Origin: a virus
Reading direction: 5' to 3' (one strand)
Length of the DNA stretch: 46,352 bases
Virus record (IMG/VR): IMGVR_UViG_3300027964_000001
Coordinates: 1-46,352 of that record
Positions 7,547 to 16,869 of this stretch are shown here, piece after piece; positions within the stretch are counted from its first letter, which is position 1; each line of letters opens with the position of its first letter. A program made the position numbers and the translations under genes. The notes under the pieces were generated by a model that saw nothing but the letters and a program-made list of their open reading frames with translations, ran no database searches and was not told the origin of the DNA.

Positions 7547-7902
7547 ATATTAATAAATTTCAAAAGATAAATGCTAAGAGGGCAAAGATTTGGCATTCAG
7601 ATATTAGCCGTCCTTGGTCATTACTTGAATGGGCAGGGGCTATGTGTGGGGAATCCGGAGAAGCTGCTAACTTTGCTAAGAAGATATTAAGAATAGAACT
7701 AGGAAGCATTAATAGGGAATGGGGAGTTAAGAAGAATAACTTAGAGGAACTAAAAATCAAATTAGCCAAAGAAACTGCAGATTCCATCATATATGGATTA
7801 TTAATTCTTAGTGAATTAGGTGTTGAAGCATCTGAGATTATAGCAGATGTATTTGACAATAAATCTATAGAGTATGAATTTTCTGAAAGGGCGCCAAGGT
7901 GA
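7543..7902 (+). CDS. MazG-like all-alpha NTP pyrophosphohydrolase
   Basis: LLEWAGAMCGESGEAANFAKKI and LAKETADSIIYGLLILSELGV match the MazG EXXE / EExxD-type helices. Confidence 0.65.
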   Translation: MNINKFQKINAKRAKIWHSDISRPWSLLEWAGAMCGESGEAANFAKKILRIELGSINREWGVKKNNLEELKIKLAKETADSIIYGLLILSELGVEASEIIADVFDNKSIEYEFSERAPR

Positions 7903-8048
7903 ACATCCAAATAGTTCTCTTAGATGGAGAAGGATATGTAATAGGATTTAAAAATTTTAGTGTAAAAGATCTTCAGATGACAGAATATATTGCAGAAGCT
8001 CTTGCTGATTTCAAAGTTCATAAGATAGAAATGAGGAAATGGAGATGA
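7899..8048 (+). CDS. Hypothetical small protein (49 aa, GTG start)
   Basis: GTG overlaps the upstream stop (GTGA at 7899-7902). Its stop TGA overlaps the ATG at 8045 (ATGA). Confidence 0.4.
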   Translation: MNIQIVLLDGEGYVIGFKNFSVKDLQMTEYIAEALADFKVHKIEMRKWR

Positions 8049-8296
8049 AGGAACAACTAGCCGAAAAGCATTTACATTGGACAATCCAATCCGGAACTCC
8101 TCATGAAAATGGAACAGGCCAATTAAGAAACTATACAGAAATATCAGTTACGGGTTATTTTACACCTGAAGAAGCTATTGAGGCAGCTAAAATGATTATG
8201 CCCGGAAAAGATATATATCATATTGCTAGGGTATTTGAATGTGCAACTTGTAGATTCCAACAAGAAATGCTTGAAAATATGGAGAGGGGACATTAA
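8045..8296 (+). CDS. Hypothetical protein (ORF track starts it at 8039)
   Basis: In-frame ATG at 8045 forms ATGA with the upstream stop. The stop overlaps the next start (TAATG, 8294-8298). Confidence 0.65.
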   Translation: MKEQLAEKHLHWTIQSGTPHENGTGQLRNYTEISVTGYFTPEEAIEAAKMIMPGKDIYHIARVFECATCRFQQEMLENMERGH

Positions 8297-8610
8297 TGAA
8301 AGAATTCGAAGATACCCTCCAAAAGATGTTAGAAGTTCATAAATCAAAGTCACAAGACTATGCCGATCCAAGTAATCCCTTTTCTAATTTTGATGTTTCT
8401 CATTATATTCTATCTCTTTTTAATGAGGACAGAGATAAGACCTTTGTATGGCCTATCGCTAATAAATTGGCTCGTCTGGCTACTTTGCTTAACTCTAACA
8501 ATCAGCCTAATAATGAGTCTATCGAAGATTCATTGATTGATTGTGCTAATTACTTTATTTTGTGGAAGTGCGACATAGAACGTAGACCAAAGAATGTCCT
8601 TCCTCGATAA
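8296..8610 (+). CDS. DUF1599-like / MazG-fold-like protein
   Basis: HKSKSQDYADPSNPFSNF ... IANKLARLATLL ... NESIEDSLIDCANYFIL resembles the Kn.DYg / dKl.Rl / nEs..Dtl.Dl.nY pattern of DUF1599. Recognised by eye only. Confidence 0.4.
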   Translation: MKEFEDTLQKMLEVHKSKSQDYADPSNPFSNFDVSHYILSLFNEDRDKTFVWPIANKLARLATLLNSNNQPNNESIEDSLIDCANYFILWKCDIERRPKNVLPR

Positions 8611-9811
8611 TGTGCTTTCATTTACTAAAGAGTATGAAGCCCCTCAAAAATTTTATTATTGGTCCGGTCTTGCCTCCATAAGTGCAATCCTTAAGGACAA
8701 CGTATACTTCGATATGGGTAAAGCCTACAAACTTTACCCTAACATATATGTATTGCTTTACGGTCCATCCGGTGTCCGTAAAGGTCCGCCTATTGCGATG
8801 GCCGAGAAGCTAGTAAAAGCAGTCGGTAATACTAGGGTAATCAATGGTCGTGCATCCATCGAAGCTATAATTAAGGAGTTAGGAACATTTAAGACTCAAC
8901 CAAATAAACAAATGGTAAAGGACTCTTGTGGGTTTGTAGTAGCTTCAGAGTTAGCATCATCTATTATTAGTAATCCTTCAGCTATGGATATCATGACTAA
9001 TCTTTATGATAGAATTTATAATGAAGGAGATTGGGAATATAAGCTTAAGGTAGGAGAATCGCATAAGTTATCCAAGCCTACAATAACTTGGTTATCAGGA
9101 TCTAATGAATCTTTATTCCGTGATTTCATTCCTGATAAGAATATTCATGGAGGACTAGTCGGGCGATTGTTCGTAATTGGAGAAACTAAACCTAACGTAA
9201 TAAACTCACTAATGTTTGATCCAGCTCAACCTTTAGATGATGAGGCATATAAGACACTAGTAAATGATCTACTACCGTTAAGGGAATTATCAGGTCCATT
9301 CTGTATGGACAAAGAAACTAGGACAGTGGTAGATGAATGGTATAAAAAATTTAAGAATACCAAAGCTCCTCAACTTGAAGATACTACAGGATTTGTAAGT
9401 AGGATATTAGACTTCTTGATTAAGACGGCGATGCTTATTAGCTGTGCTAGAAGGGGGGATAAACAAATCTTATTATCCGATATTGAAGAAGCCCAGGATC
9501 AGATATTACCTCTCCTTTCAACTATCAGTAAAGTTAGTAATTTATCAAACAAGAAAACCGACGCCAGCGAAGCAACTAAAAGGTCTCTTATCCTAACTTA
9601 TCTTTCAAACCGGGAGGAATTCAAAGCTGGAAGGCAGGAGATATTGAGGAGTTTAGGTCTACAAATTAATCATGAGGACTTAGATAAATTCGTAGACCTA
9701 ATGTTTCAGGTTGATGCTATTGAAACATCAAGGGAGGGTAATGAGCAATTTTACGGACTCAAGGTTAAGAATCCTAAGGTAAAAGCTTGGATTGAGAAGT
9801 TCCGTTCCTAG
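8594..9811 (+). CDS. P-loop-like replication-associated protein (deviant Walker A)
   Basis: 405 aa with VLLYGPSGVRKGPPIA and FVVASELAS. Last gene of the rightward arm. Function not resolved. Confidence 0.35.
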   Translation: MSFLDNVLSFTKEYEAPQKFYYWSGLASISAILKDNVYFDMGKAYKLYPNIYVLLYGPSGVRKGPPIAMAEKLVKAVGNTRVINGRASIEAIIKELGTFKTQPNKQMVKDSCGFVVASELASSIISNPSAMDIMTNLYDRIYNEGDWEYKLKVGESHKLSKPTITWLSGSNESLFRDFIPDKNIHGGLVGRLFVIGETKPNVINSLMFDPAQPLDDEAYKTLVNDLLPLRELSGPFCMDKETRTVVDEWYKKFKNTKAPQLEDTTGFVSRILDFLIKTAMLISCARRGDKQILLSDIEEAQDQILPLLSTISKVSNLSNKKTDASEATKRSLILTYLSNREEFKAGRQEILRSLGLQINHEDLDKFVDLMFQVDAIETSREGNEQFYGLKVKNPKVKAWIEKFRS

Positions 9812-11949
9812 TCTCCAAATCTCTGACTCCCCACTCCTAAGAAAGGTAATGGAGCAAGAGGTAATAAACTGGGATCTTCCTCAATCAGTTCTTGAATATC
9901 CTGAACAATCATAGGAACTACTAAATCTACAATCCTATCTTTAGTATCAAATGGAATCGGAGATGTGCTATTAGCATTAAGTAAATCATAAGCAAACTTA
10001 ATAGGTGGATTTAATTTATTAGTTGTGAACCGTTCTAATACATCTTTACGAGTATCTCTACCGAATCCTTCTCCTAATGTAGTTGTCCTACCCGTAGTCG
10101 GACTAGTAGATTCCCCAATCGCTAGTCTAGTAGCAGCAACTAAATATTGTTGAAATCCACCACCAGGATCTAGCCTAAAATTACCAATCCTTACTTTACT
10201 AAAATCCGAACTTCTAGGATCTAAAGAAATATCAGCACCGGCCATCTTACCTACACCACCAATAGTTCCCCAAGCAGAAGCTACCCCTAATAAAGATCTA
10301 AGCTGTTCCTTTCTTACTACCGGATTAGTCATAGCATATGTATAAGGATTAAAGAATCTATTCCACATTCTAACCCTAGAAGAGATAAATCTAGGAGAGT
10401 AGAATAAAATATTTCCTAACTCTGCATGCCGTTCAAGTTTGCCTAGTGAACCTCGTCCGGTCGCGTCATTAATAAAAGAAGTAATTGCTTTTGTTTCCTT
10501 CAAATTCTCTCTAGGATTAATACCGACGCGATCAAGGTCTTTTAATAAAGAATCAAAGGTATCCATCCTTAACTTATTAAGGAAAGAAACATAAGCTCTA
10601 TTAGATGCCCTAACTCCTTTACTAAGTAATCCAGGCTTAAGCTCTCCCTTACCAAACAACTTACGAACTGCGGAAGCAATAGAGGGAATCTTCTCTGCCC
10701 ATGTAGACATGAAGGCTTCTTCTCTATTGCGTAGATTAACTAAGTCAGTAAGTTGTAATCCAGATTCTTGAGCTAATCCATAATTCGGGTTCTTAACAAT
10801 AGAATCTTGAAGTTTATTAAAAAACTCTTCACTACCCCAAGCTCTTACCATATCATCTAGAGATGTCCACCATTCCCTACGGAGAATAAATGGTAATCCC
10901 TGACGCATAGGCGCTGACATATCCAGCGATGATTTAATTGCCCTAGAAAAGTTAATAGCCTCAAGAGCTAGGTTCTGTTTCCTATCAATCTTAGTTAAGT
11001 TTCTAATAATCTTATCTCCCAATTCCGGTCCGAGCGCCTCTTTAAGAAGATTAACCTGAGAAGGTTGGGGAACTTGACCTTTAAGTAATCTTTCTAATCC
11101 ATCTGCAGCATGAAAGAATTTGAACTTATCATCGAAAGCTTTGCTAAGATGGACAACTAAAGAGTCAACATCTTCCTGTCCAAGTTGAATAGGCTGAGTT
11201 CCAACCTTAGTATACTCCCCAGCTAATTGTCCTTTAGCTCTATGGAAATCTTCTAGTCCTTCAATCTTAACATCTCCCGCCCTCTTAATTCTTTCACCTT
11301 TCTCAGCAGTATAGATTTCCTTCTGAACTTTATTTAAATCTACAGCTTCATCCAGCGCCGTGCTTAGTTTCTGATAAGCTGGGAGGACTTCATCTGGTAT
11401 ATTAGTAGGACTGATTAATTGAGGTTTATTAACCACATTAAGTTTAGGAGTAGTCCCTCTAGGTCTAAACCCTCTAACTCCTAATCCTCCTAATCCTACT
11501 TCTAATGCCCCTGCACCTAATTCTGGTAAGCTCTCAGCATCAATCATTCTCTCAGCGCCGACACCCATCATTAAACCGCTACCACCCCTAATAGCTTTAC
11601 GTGCTACATTCTGTAATGCTCCTCTACCTAATGATGCCCCGCCGGTTGCAGCCCCCATTAACAAATCAAAAGGACTTGTCATCTGAGAAGCGAAATCGAG
11701 TGCAAAGTTAATAGGCTTACCAATAAAAGGATGTTCTTCAGCTACTCTCTCAGTTCCTTCATAAAGTTCAGGGGACTGTCTACGAATATCAATAACAGGA
11801 TCAGTAATCTTATCCCAAAATCCTCTTAGAGCTGTTTTTTGTTCTGGAGGTTGATCCCTTGAACTTAGTGAGATGTTAACCGAAGTAGGATCAGCATCAG
11901 AAGTAAATCTTGGATCTTCATCAGGAATAAACCTAGGATCTTGGGGCAT
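9808..11949 (-). CDS. Large ejection/internal-virion-like protein (713 aa)
   Basis: Terminal gene of the leftward arm and the largest of three consecutive coupled ORFs (269/408/713 aa), mirroring the P22 gp7/gp20/gp16 order. N-terminal DPRFxxDxDP duplication. No catalytic motif seen. Confidence 0.45.
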   Translation of the reverse strand: MPQDPRFIPDEDPRFTSDADPTSVNISLSSRDQPPEQKTALRGFWDKITDPVIDIRRQSPELYEGTERVAEEHPFIGKPINFALDFASQMTSPFDLLMGAATGGASLGRGALQNVARKAIRGGSGLMMGVGAERMIDAESLPELGAGALEVGLGGLGVRGFRPRGTTPKLNVVNKPQLISPTNIPDEVLPAYQKLSTALDEAVDLNKVQKEIYTAEKGERIKRAGDVKIEGLEDFHRAKGQLAGEYTKVGTQPIQLGQEDVDSLVVHLSKAFDDKFKFFHAADGLERLLKGQVPQPSQVNLLKEALGPELGDKIIRNLTKIDRKQNLALEAINFSRAIKSSLDMSAPMRQGLPFILRREWWTSLDDMVRAWGSEEFFNKLQDSIVKNPNYGLAQESGLQLTDLVNLRNREEAFMSTWAEKIPSIASAVRKLFGKGELKPGLLSKGVRASNRAYVSFLNKLRMDTFDSLLKDLDRVGINPRENLKETKAITSFINDATGRGSLGKLERHAELGNILFYSPRFISSRVRMWNRFFNPYTYAMTNPVVRKEQLRSLLGVASAWGTIGGVGKMAGADISLDPRSSDFSKVRIGNFRLDPGGGFQQYLVAATRLAIGESTSPTTGRTTTLGEGFGRDTRKDVLERFTTNKLNPPIKFAYDLLNANSTSPIPFDTKDRIVDLVVPMIVQDIQELIEEDPSLLPLAPLPFLGVGSQRFGD

Positions 11950-13175
11950 TACTCTACCACCTGATATCCAGCTTCTTGAGCTTCTTCAGCAGTTCCATTA
12001 AACCATCCGGTTTGACCATTGGAACTTCTTACTCTAATCCTTGTAGTTTCAGTAGTAGAACTAGTAGGCTGAGCAGACTGGCCATAAATGAAATCAACAA
12101 GTTTCTTACGGATATCTTCAGCCTTGGTTTTATCAGTAGTAGTTGGCATCTTAGCACCGAACCATCTACTAAGCATACCAGGAACCTGAACCATCTCATC
12201 TACAGTCTTAATAATAGGATATCCATTTTCATCAAAATCAAGCCAATCTCGCATATTTGGCTGATCTTGCATCATCTTATTGGCATTATTAATATATCGC
12301 TGCTTAAGCTGACTCTGGCTTTCCGTTCCAGTAGTTTGCCTTTCTCTTGCTAAGTTGTATCGTCCGGTAATCCTAATATTTTCAAGTTCTTTATCATTTA
12401 AATGTCTAAGAGCTTCCTCTTCCCTTCTTAATCCGCTTTGAATTCCTGCCAATCTTTCTCGATTTGCTTGCTCAACTGCTCTTAATGTTAAGTTTTGATC
12501 AAACCCATATTTCATCTTCTCAAGTTCACTAAGTTCTCCATGCCTAAGTTGGGTATTAACAATCTTATCTCCCTGTGGACTTACTAGATATACAAATCCA
12601 TCCTCTCCATTAACTAACTTCATATCTGGATTCTGGAATTTTAATAAATCTAATTGTAATCTTGCATCCCTAGTTCTAGCTGTATCTTTATCTCTCTGTT
12701 CTTGAAGTTGGCGCTGTAGTATATTATCTAACATTATACGCTCATTCTGATTAGATGATCTCTCAAGATTAGCAATCTGTTGGGTAGGCCCAAACCTAGT
12801 TCCAAATTCTTCTAAAGCTTCATTATAGGGCCTGTTAATGAATTCATATCCTTCTGGTCCCCCAATAACCATACCTCCTAGCTTACGCCAGATAGAAGGT
12901 TTATAATCTTCTCTATTAGGAATTTGATCTAACATATCATAGAGACGATTAGTAGCTCTTTCTTGTGGCTGATAGAGTTGGGAAATACGATCTACTATGC
13001 CAATAGAAGTAGGATCAAATAATGAATTTTTAGCTATTTCTTTATTCTGTTCTAAAGGAGATTCTTCTAATAAATCAAGCCTGTTATTAAAATTTTCTCC
13101 TCTATTAATTACCTGATCTCTAGAAGAATTAGAGGAAGGAAAAATATTTTGAAGAAGATCAAAAATTTGAGGCAT
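11949..13175 (-). CDS. Ejection/internal-virion-like protein (408 aa, coiled-coil rich)
   Basis: Long ORF. Its stop overlaps the next start (TAATG around 11949). Q/E/R/L-rich heptad-like stretches. Confidence 0.45.
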   Translation of the reverse strand: MPQIFDLLQNIFPSSNSSRDQVINRGENFNNRLDLLEESPLEQNKEIAKNSLFDPTSIGIVDRISQLYQPQERATNRLYDMLDQIPNREDYKPSIWRKLGGMVIGGPEGYEFINRPYNEALEEFGTRFGPTQQIANLERSSNQNERIMLDNILQRQLQEQRDKDTARTRDARLQLDLLKFQNPDMKLVNGEDGFVYLVSPQGDKIVNTQLRHGELSELEKMKYGFDQNLTLRAVEQANRERLAGIQSGLRREEEALRHLNDKELENIRITGRYNLARERQTTGTESQSQLKQRYINNANKMMQDQPNMRDWLDFDENGYPIIKTVDEMVQVPGMLSRWFGAKMPTTTDKTKAEDIRKKLVDFIYGQSAQPTSSTTETTRIRVRSSNGQTGWFNGTAEEAQEAGYQVVE

Positions 13176-13181
13176 AGGATT

Positions 13182-13991
13182 CTACTTTCTTCCAGGAGGT
13201 CTAGTATCCCCTCCCTGTCCTAATCTATCTAAAATATCATTAATATTTTCTCCTCCTTCTATTACTCCTTCCTGAGAAGAATTAAAAGGATAAGAATATG
13301 GTAACCCGTCTGGACTTCCCCCTCCACCCCCCGGGGCTCCACCCCCTGGAATACTCCCACCTAAAGGATTAATAAATCTACTGGCCAAACCGAGAACATC
13401 TCCAATCCTACCAAAAGTAGAACCCCATTTACCCGGTAATTGTGCGGCATTAAAATAATCATCAATAAGGGAAGTTCCTAGATTAGTCTGCTGCCCCATA
13501 TTCTGTAATAACTGATTACCAAACATATTAGTTAATCCTGGAGTAGTTCCGTATAAATTAGTAGCTCCTTGTAATCCTCCTAACCTACCCCTCTGAACCA
13601 TATCTGCGATGAGTGCTTCCGCATTAACACTAGAATCACTCATAGCTTGTCCAGTATCTCTCTGTAATCTACTTAGGGCAGCAGTCTTACCAGGATTATA
13701 TCCTCCTTGTAATGATGTCTGCCTATTAATATTACGCATTGCATTTTCATAGATTGCTCTACTAGGTGCAATGGCCCGACTACGGATAGCAGATAATCCC
13801 TCAGGAGTAAACCCGCCGGTTTTTTGGAAATCTTGAAATCCCCTAAATAGATCCATGTAGTTCTGCGTATTCATATCCGCAGCGCCACTATACCTATTCT
13901 GGAATTCAGTTCCTTGATTTACTAATCTTTCCTGCAAAGGTCCAGAAATATCTTGAATTCTTTCCCTTTGTTGTCCTCTTTCGTCGCCCAT
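13182..13991 (-). CDS. Ejection/internal-virion-like protein (269 aa, Gly/Gln/Asn-rich)
   Basis: ORF coupled to neighbours. C-terminal GGSIPGGGAPGGGGGSPDG low-complexity tract. Confidence 0.45.
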   Translation of the reverse strand: MGDERGQQRERIQDISGPLQERLVNQGTEFQNRYSGAADMNTQNYMDLFRGFQDFQKTGGFTPEGLSAIRSRAIAPSRAIYENAMRNINRQTSLQGGYNPGKTAALSRLQRDTGQAMSDSSVNAEALIADMVQRGRLGGLQGATNLYGTTPGLTNMFGNQLLQNMGQQTNLGTSLIDDYFNAAQLPGKWGSTFGRIGDVLGLASRFINPLGGSIPGGGAPGGGGGSPDGLPYSYPFNSSQEGVIEGGENINDILDRLGQGGDTRPPGRK

Positions 13992-14383
13992 TAATGTATT
14001 CCTAAATAAAGGTGGACACCTTTTTCAACAAAACCCCAACGAACTAAATGACGTTTCCATTTTTTATTAGAAGTTACAGCAGTAATTCTATCAAATCCTA
14101 CATATCTCATTAAATTTATTGAAGCTTTTAAGGACTCTAAAAATGCTCGACCCAATTTAAATCTATTCTCAGCTTTATTTACATAAAGTATTACTTCAGG
14201 AACCAACCGAATTCCCCCAGCTACTAATACTTTTCCCTCTTCTTCAATAACAAAAGAACACATAAATTCATCAGCATATTCAAAATCAGAAGAATAGTAT
14301 TTATTATAAAGTTCCCTTAGCTCTTTCTTATCTTTAAGAGGTCTTAGTATCATCCTTAGCTCCGGTGCCGAACCAATAAGCAA
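13991..14383 (-). CDS. GNAT-like N-acetyltransferase fold protein (start may be Met11 at 14353)
   Basis: VLVAGGIRLVPEVILYVNKAENRFKLGRAFLESL...ITAVTSNKKWKRHLVRWGFVEKG follows the GNAT beta4-alpha3 ... N..a..ly.k.GF pattern. The Q/RxxGxG/A spacing is off by one. Confidence 0.5.
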   Translation of the reverse strand: MLIGSAPELRMILRPLKDKKELRELYNKYYSSDFEYADEFMCSFVIEEEGKVLVAGGIRLVPEVILYVNKAENRFKLGRAFLESLKASINLMRYVGFDRITAVTSNKKWKRHLVRWGFVEKGVHLYLGIH

Positions 14384-14777
14384 TCTTTTCTGTAGGTCTA
14401 GTATCTACATGAACAAAGGTTTTATACTTTCCAATGCCTTTTATTGCAGGAATATACATTGCTAAGTCTTTAATATGATTATAAAATTCATCTACTGAAA
14501 CATTTCTTGGGGGTCTTAAATCAAGTGCTCTACCATGAAGATGCTGACTATTACGCGCTCCACCTATTTTCTTGTTCCATACCGGAGTCCTATATGCCGA
14601 GAGGACTTTTATAGGTTTATTCCATCTTGCTCTGATTACCTCAAATACTTCAGCTAGTTGAATCGCCCGATTATTCCTCCATTTATCAGGATATGGAGTT
14701 CCATCTTTGCATTGTAATTCATACCATGATAAATGTTTACCCAACATAAGATCTATCTCCCCCTCCACCCCCTCCAC
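14334..14777 (-). CDS. Peptidase M15 (M15A/DUF882-type) peptidoglycan hydrolase; probable start is Met11 at 14747
   Basis: LSWYELQC...PIKVLSAYRTPVWNKKIGGARNSQHLHGRALDL...GIGKYKTFVHVDTR carries the SxYR..N...GG...SxH..GxAxD ... HvD zinc-ligand pattern. Confidence 0.85.
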   Translation of the reverse strand: MEGVEGEIDLMLGKHLSWYELQCKDGTPYPDKWRNNRAIQLAEVFEVIRARWNKPIKVLSAYRTPVWNKKIGGARNSQHLHGRALDLRPPRNVSVDEFYNHIKDLAMYIPAIKGIGKYKTFVHVDTRPTEKIAYWFGTGAKDDTKTS

Positions 14778-15612
14778 CAGCAGGAGCAGTTCCCCATATT
14801 AAGGCTATATCTAATAATCTATCTGTAGCATCAGTAATATCACATTGACATCTAACTGCAAGTCTAGTAGAGGCTGCAATATAAGTAAAGTAACTACTAG
14901 TTCTATTAGTTAATGTTTCATTTGTGGCACCAATATTACATCTTGTATCTGCTACTAAAACAGTTTCACCTCCACCTGCACCAGTTGATAAATCAATAGA
15001 CCACATTGCGCTAGAAGCAGCCTGATTACCTTTAATAGTCCTTAATAAACATATCCATTGTGCTATGGCAGATAGTGATGCCACCAATTCAGCATAAGCA
15101 CCTTTAGTATTAGCTACAGCTCCAGGATCTATACCCAATCCTCCAGAATCAGAGGTATCTGCACCTTCATTATTAAATAAAGTAATTCCTTCAAGATCAG
15201 AATCAAATGTAGATAACTCTAAAGCAACGAAAATAGAGGAAGCACTTGTAGAACTTCCTTGAGCCCTACCAGCTATCCGAGTTCCTGATTCTACTTTCCA
15301 AGGTAAAACTAATGTTTCCTGAGCAGAATGACTAGAAGCATCAGTAATCTCTCCTATTACATCAGGAATTACAATAGTCTCTCCCCCACCAGCACCAGTA
15401 GCTATATCAAGTAACCATCTTACTGAAAGAGTAGCCCTTACAATTTCTACTAATACCCATTGAGAAGTAATACCTATACTAGCAGCAATTTCAACATAAG
15501 ATCCTTTAGTATTAGCAGATGCAGCAGTAACTACAGGTTGGCCATCCTGTATTTGTCCAGTCTCACCATAACTCTCGTATGTTAGACCAGCAGCACTCTG
15601 AGGATAGATCAT
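14737..15612 (-). CDS. Tail-fibre/receptor-binding-like protein with internal duplication
   Basis: Two ~140-aa repeats (ANTKGSYVEIAASIGITSQW...DIATGAGGGETIVIPD and ANTKGAYAELVASLSAIAQW...DLSTGAGGGETVLVAD). C-terminal G7 run. Confidence 0.55.
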   Translation of the reverse strand: MIYPQSAAGLTYESYGETGQIQDGQPVVTAASANTKGSYVEIAASIGITSQWVLVEIVRATLSVRWLLDIATGAGGGETIVIPDVIGEITDASSHSAQETLVLPWKVESGTRIAGRAQGSSTSASSIFVALELSTFDSDLEGITLFNNEGADTSDSGGLGIDPGAVANTKGAYAELVASLSAIAQWICLLRTIKGNQAASSAMWSIDLSTGAGGGETVLVADTRCNIGATNETLTNRTSSYFTYIAASTRLAVRCQCDITDATDRLLDIALIWGTAPAGGGGGGGDRSYVG

Positions 15613-15887
15613 ACTAATTTAAGTCCATTTTTAATCAATACAGAATTAGGAGCAATCCCATGACTAGTTCCACAATTAGGACAATGTCCTAAGGAACTAC
15701 ATTGTTCCTTAAATTCAGGATCACCACAATTTCTACAGTTCTTACCTCCATCTGGGCATTCCACATTCATTTCAGCATGAACATGCCCAACTTTATGAAC
15801 TTTGCTTATTCTTTTATGAGGATGGAATCTATACATCCATTTCTCAAATTCAAAATAACTTTCTTCGTCAAAAACTATTATCTTCAT
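15609..15887 (-). CDS. Cys/His-rich small protein
   Basis: 92 aa with CPDGGKNCRNCGD and CSSLGHCPNCG. ATGA-type coupling on both sides. Confidence 0.65.
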   Translation of the reverse strand: MKIIVFDEESYFEFEKWMYRFHPHKRISKVHKVGHVHAEMNVECPDGGKNCRNCGDPEFKEQCSSLGHCPNCGTSHGIAPNSVLIKNGLKLV

Positions 15888-16426
15888 GATGGTGCAATAA
15901 AGATTTCAAGAACTGACCAAGTTAATGTTCCTACTGAATCAATTGCAACTGCCATCAAATCCCCGACAGTTACTCCAGTAGACCACCCAGAAAGAGTATT
16001 ATCCTCAAAGAACTGAGCCGAACTTAATGTAGGTTTAGCACTTGCCGTAATACTATCAACTACAGTAGGGGGCCTATTAGCCCATGAATCATTCCATAAA
16101 TCATAGATAATATCTCCAGGTTGATCTGCTAAAACTCTAACTTTAGTAATAACTCCAGTAATAGGGATTGAAAAATATTTCTGAATCCCTGTGCTAGAAA
16201 CAGCAGAGCCCCCACCATCAATAGTAAAAGCTAATCTAACTAATTCCTCACCAAGAGTTCCAGAAGATAATAAATGCCAGCTTGTATCATAAAGATAGGT
16301 CTTACCTGTATCAGTTTCATACCAAATATAAATAGGTTGTATACCGACAGGAGGATCTGGAGTAAAAGCAGCTCGTTCTGCTGCTGTTCCATAATGTTCA
16401 TATACGTCGTATGTAAAATCACTCAT
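15884..16426 (-). CDS. Hypothetical tail-associated protein
   Basis: 180-aa ORF, overlap-coupled within the tail gene block. Confidence 0.6.
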   Translation of the reverse strand: MSDFTYDVYEHYGTAAERAAFTPDPPVGIQPIYIWYETDTGKTYLYDTSWHLLSSGTLGEELVRLAFTIDGGGSAVSSTGIQKYFSIPITGVITKVRVLADQPGDIIYDLWNDSWANRPPTVVDSITASAKPTLSSAQFFEDNTLSGWSTGVTVGDLMAVAIDSVGTLTWSVLEIFIAPS

Positions 16427-16869
16427 GGCATTGGATGAACAATAAGCATGGGATGATTACCAATAATTAAAAATAAAGGGCCTACGTTCATAGGTAAAAA
16501 TTGAACCCCTCCGGAAGCACTAATAGTTCTTTGATTAACTATAGAATCATCAAAAGTAATTCCGATTCCGGCCAATAAATTTCTACTATTTGGTAAGTTT
16601 AATGATTCATCCGACCAGGTTAAAAAATCACTATTCTGAATAAGAGTTCCTATAATAATTGTTAATGAATTATTAATAGAATTAATTTGTTCTATAAGAT
16701 TATTTATTTTAGTTTCAAAAGCTTGATCTCCCTGTTGAACTCCATCAATAAGACCTTTAATTACCTGCCATAAGGCATTATTCTTAGTTTGTAGTCCTGT
16801 TTCTGCCAGACTACTTTTTAACTTATCAAGATCAGGAGGCTCTGGCTCTCTTCCAGGTTTAAATGGCAT
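16423..16869 (-). CDS. Hypothetical tail-associated protein (coiled-coil N-terminus)
   Basis: 148-aa ORF, coupled by 4-nt and 1-nt overlaps. Confidence 0.6.
   Translation of the reverse strand: MPFKPGREPEPPDLDKLKSSLAETGLQTKNNALWQVIKGLIDGVQQGDQAFETKINNLIEQINSINNSLTIIIGTLIQNSDFLTWSDESLNLPNSRNLLAGIGITFDDSIVNQRTISASGGVQFLPMNVGPLFLIIGNHPMLIVHPMP

Noticed and set aside
28-8371. ORF-track entries 28-309(-), 294-506(-), 1405-1650(-), 3121-3348(-), 3333-3515(+), 7560-7910(-) and 8144-8371(-)
   Set aside because: All lie antisense to, or out of frame within, well-supported rightward genes. They have low-complexity or Ser/Leu/Phe-rich translations and no SD, and they would break the overlap-coupled gene string. 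They are shadow ORFs.
7543-8610. MazG-like plus DUF1599-like genes as evidence for a modified-base (for example Z-genome) pathway
   Set aside because: No PurZ, DatZ, dNMP kinase, hydroxymethylase or glycosyl/amino-transfer genes for DNA modification are visible anywhere in the genome.
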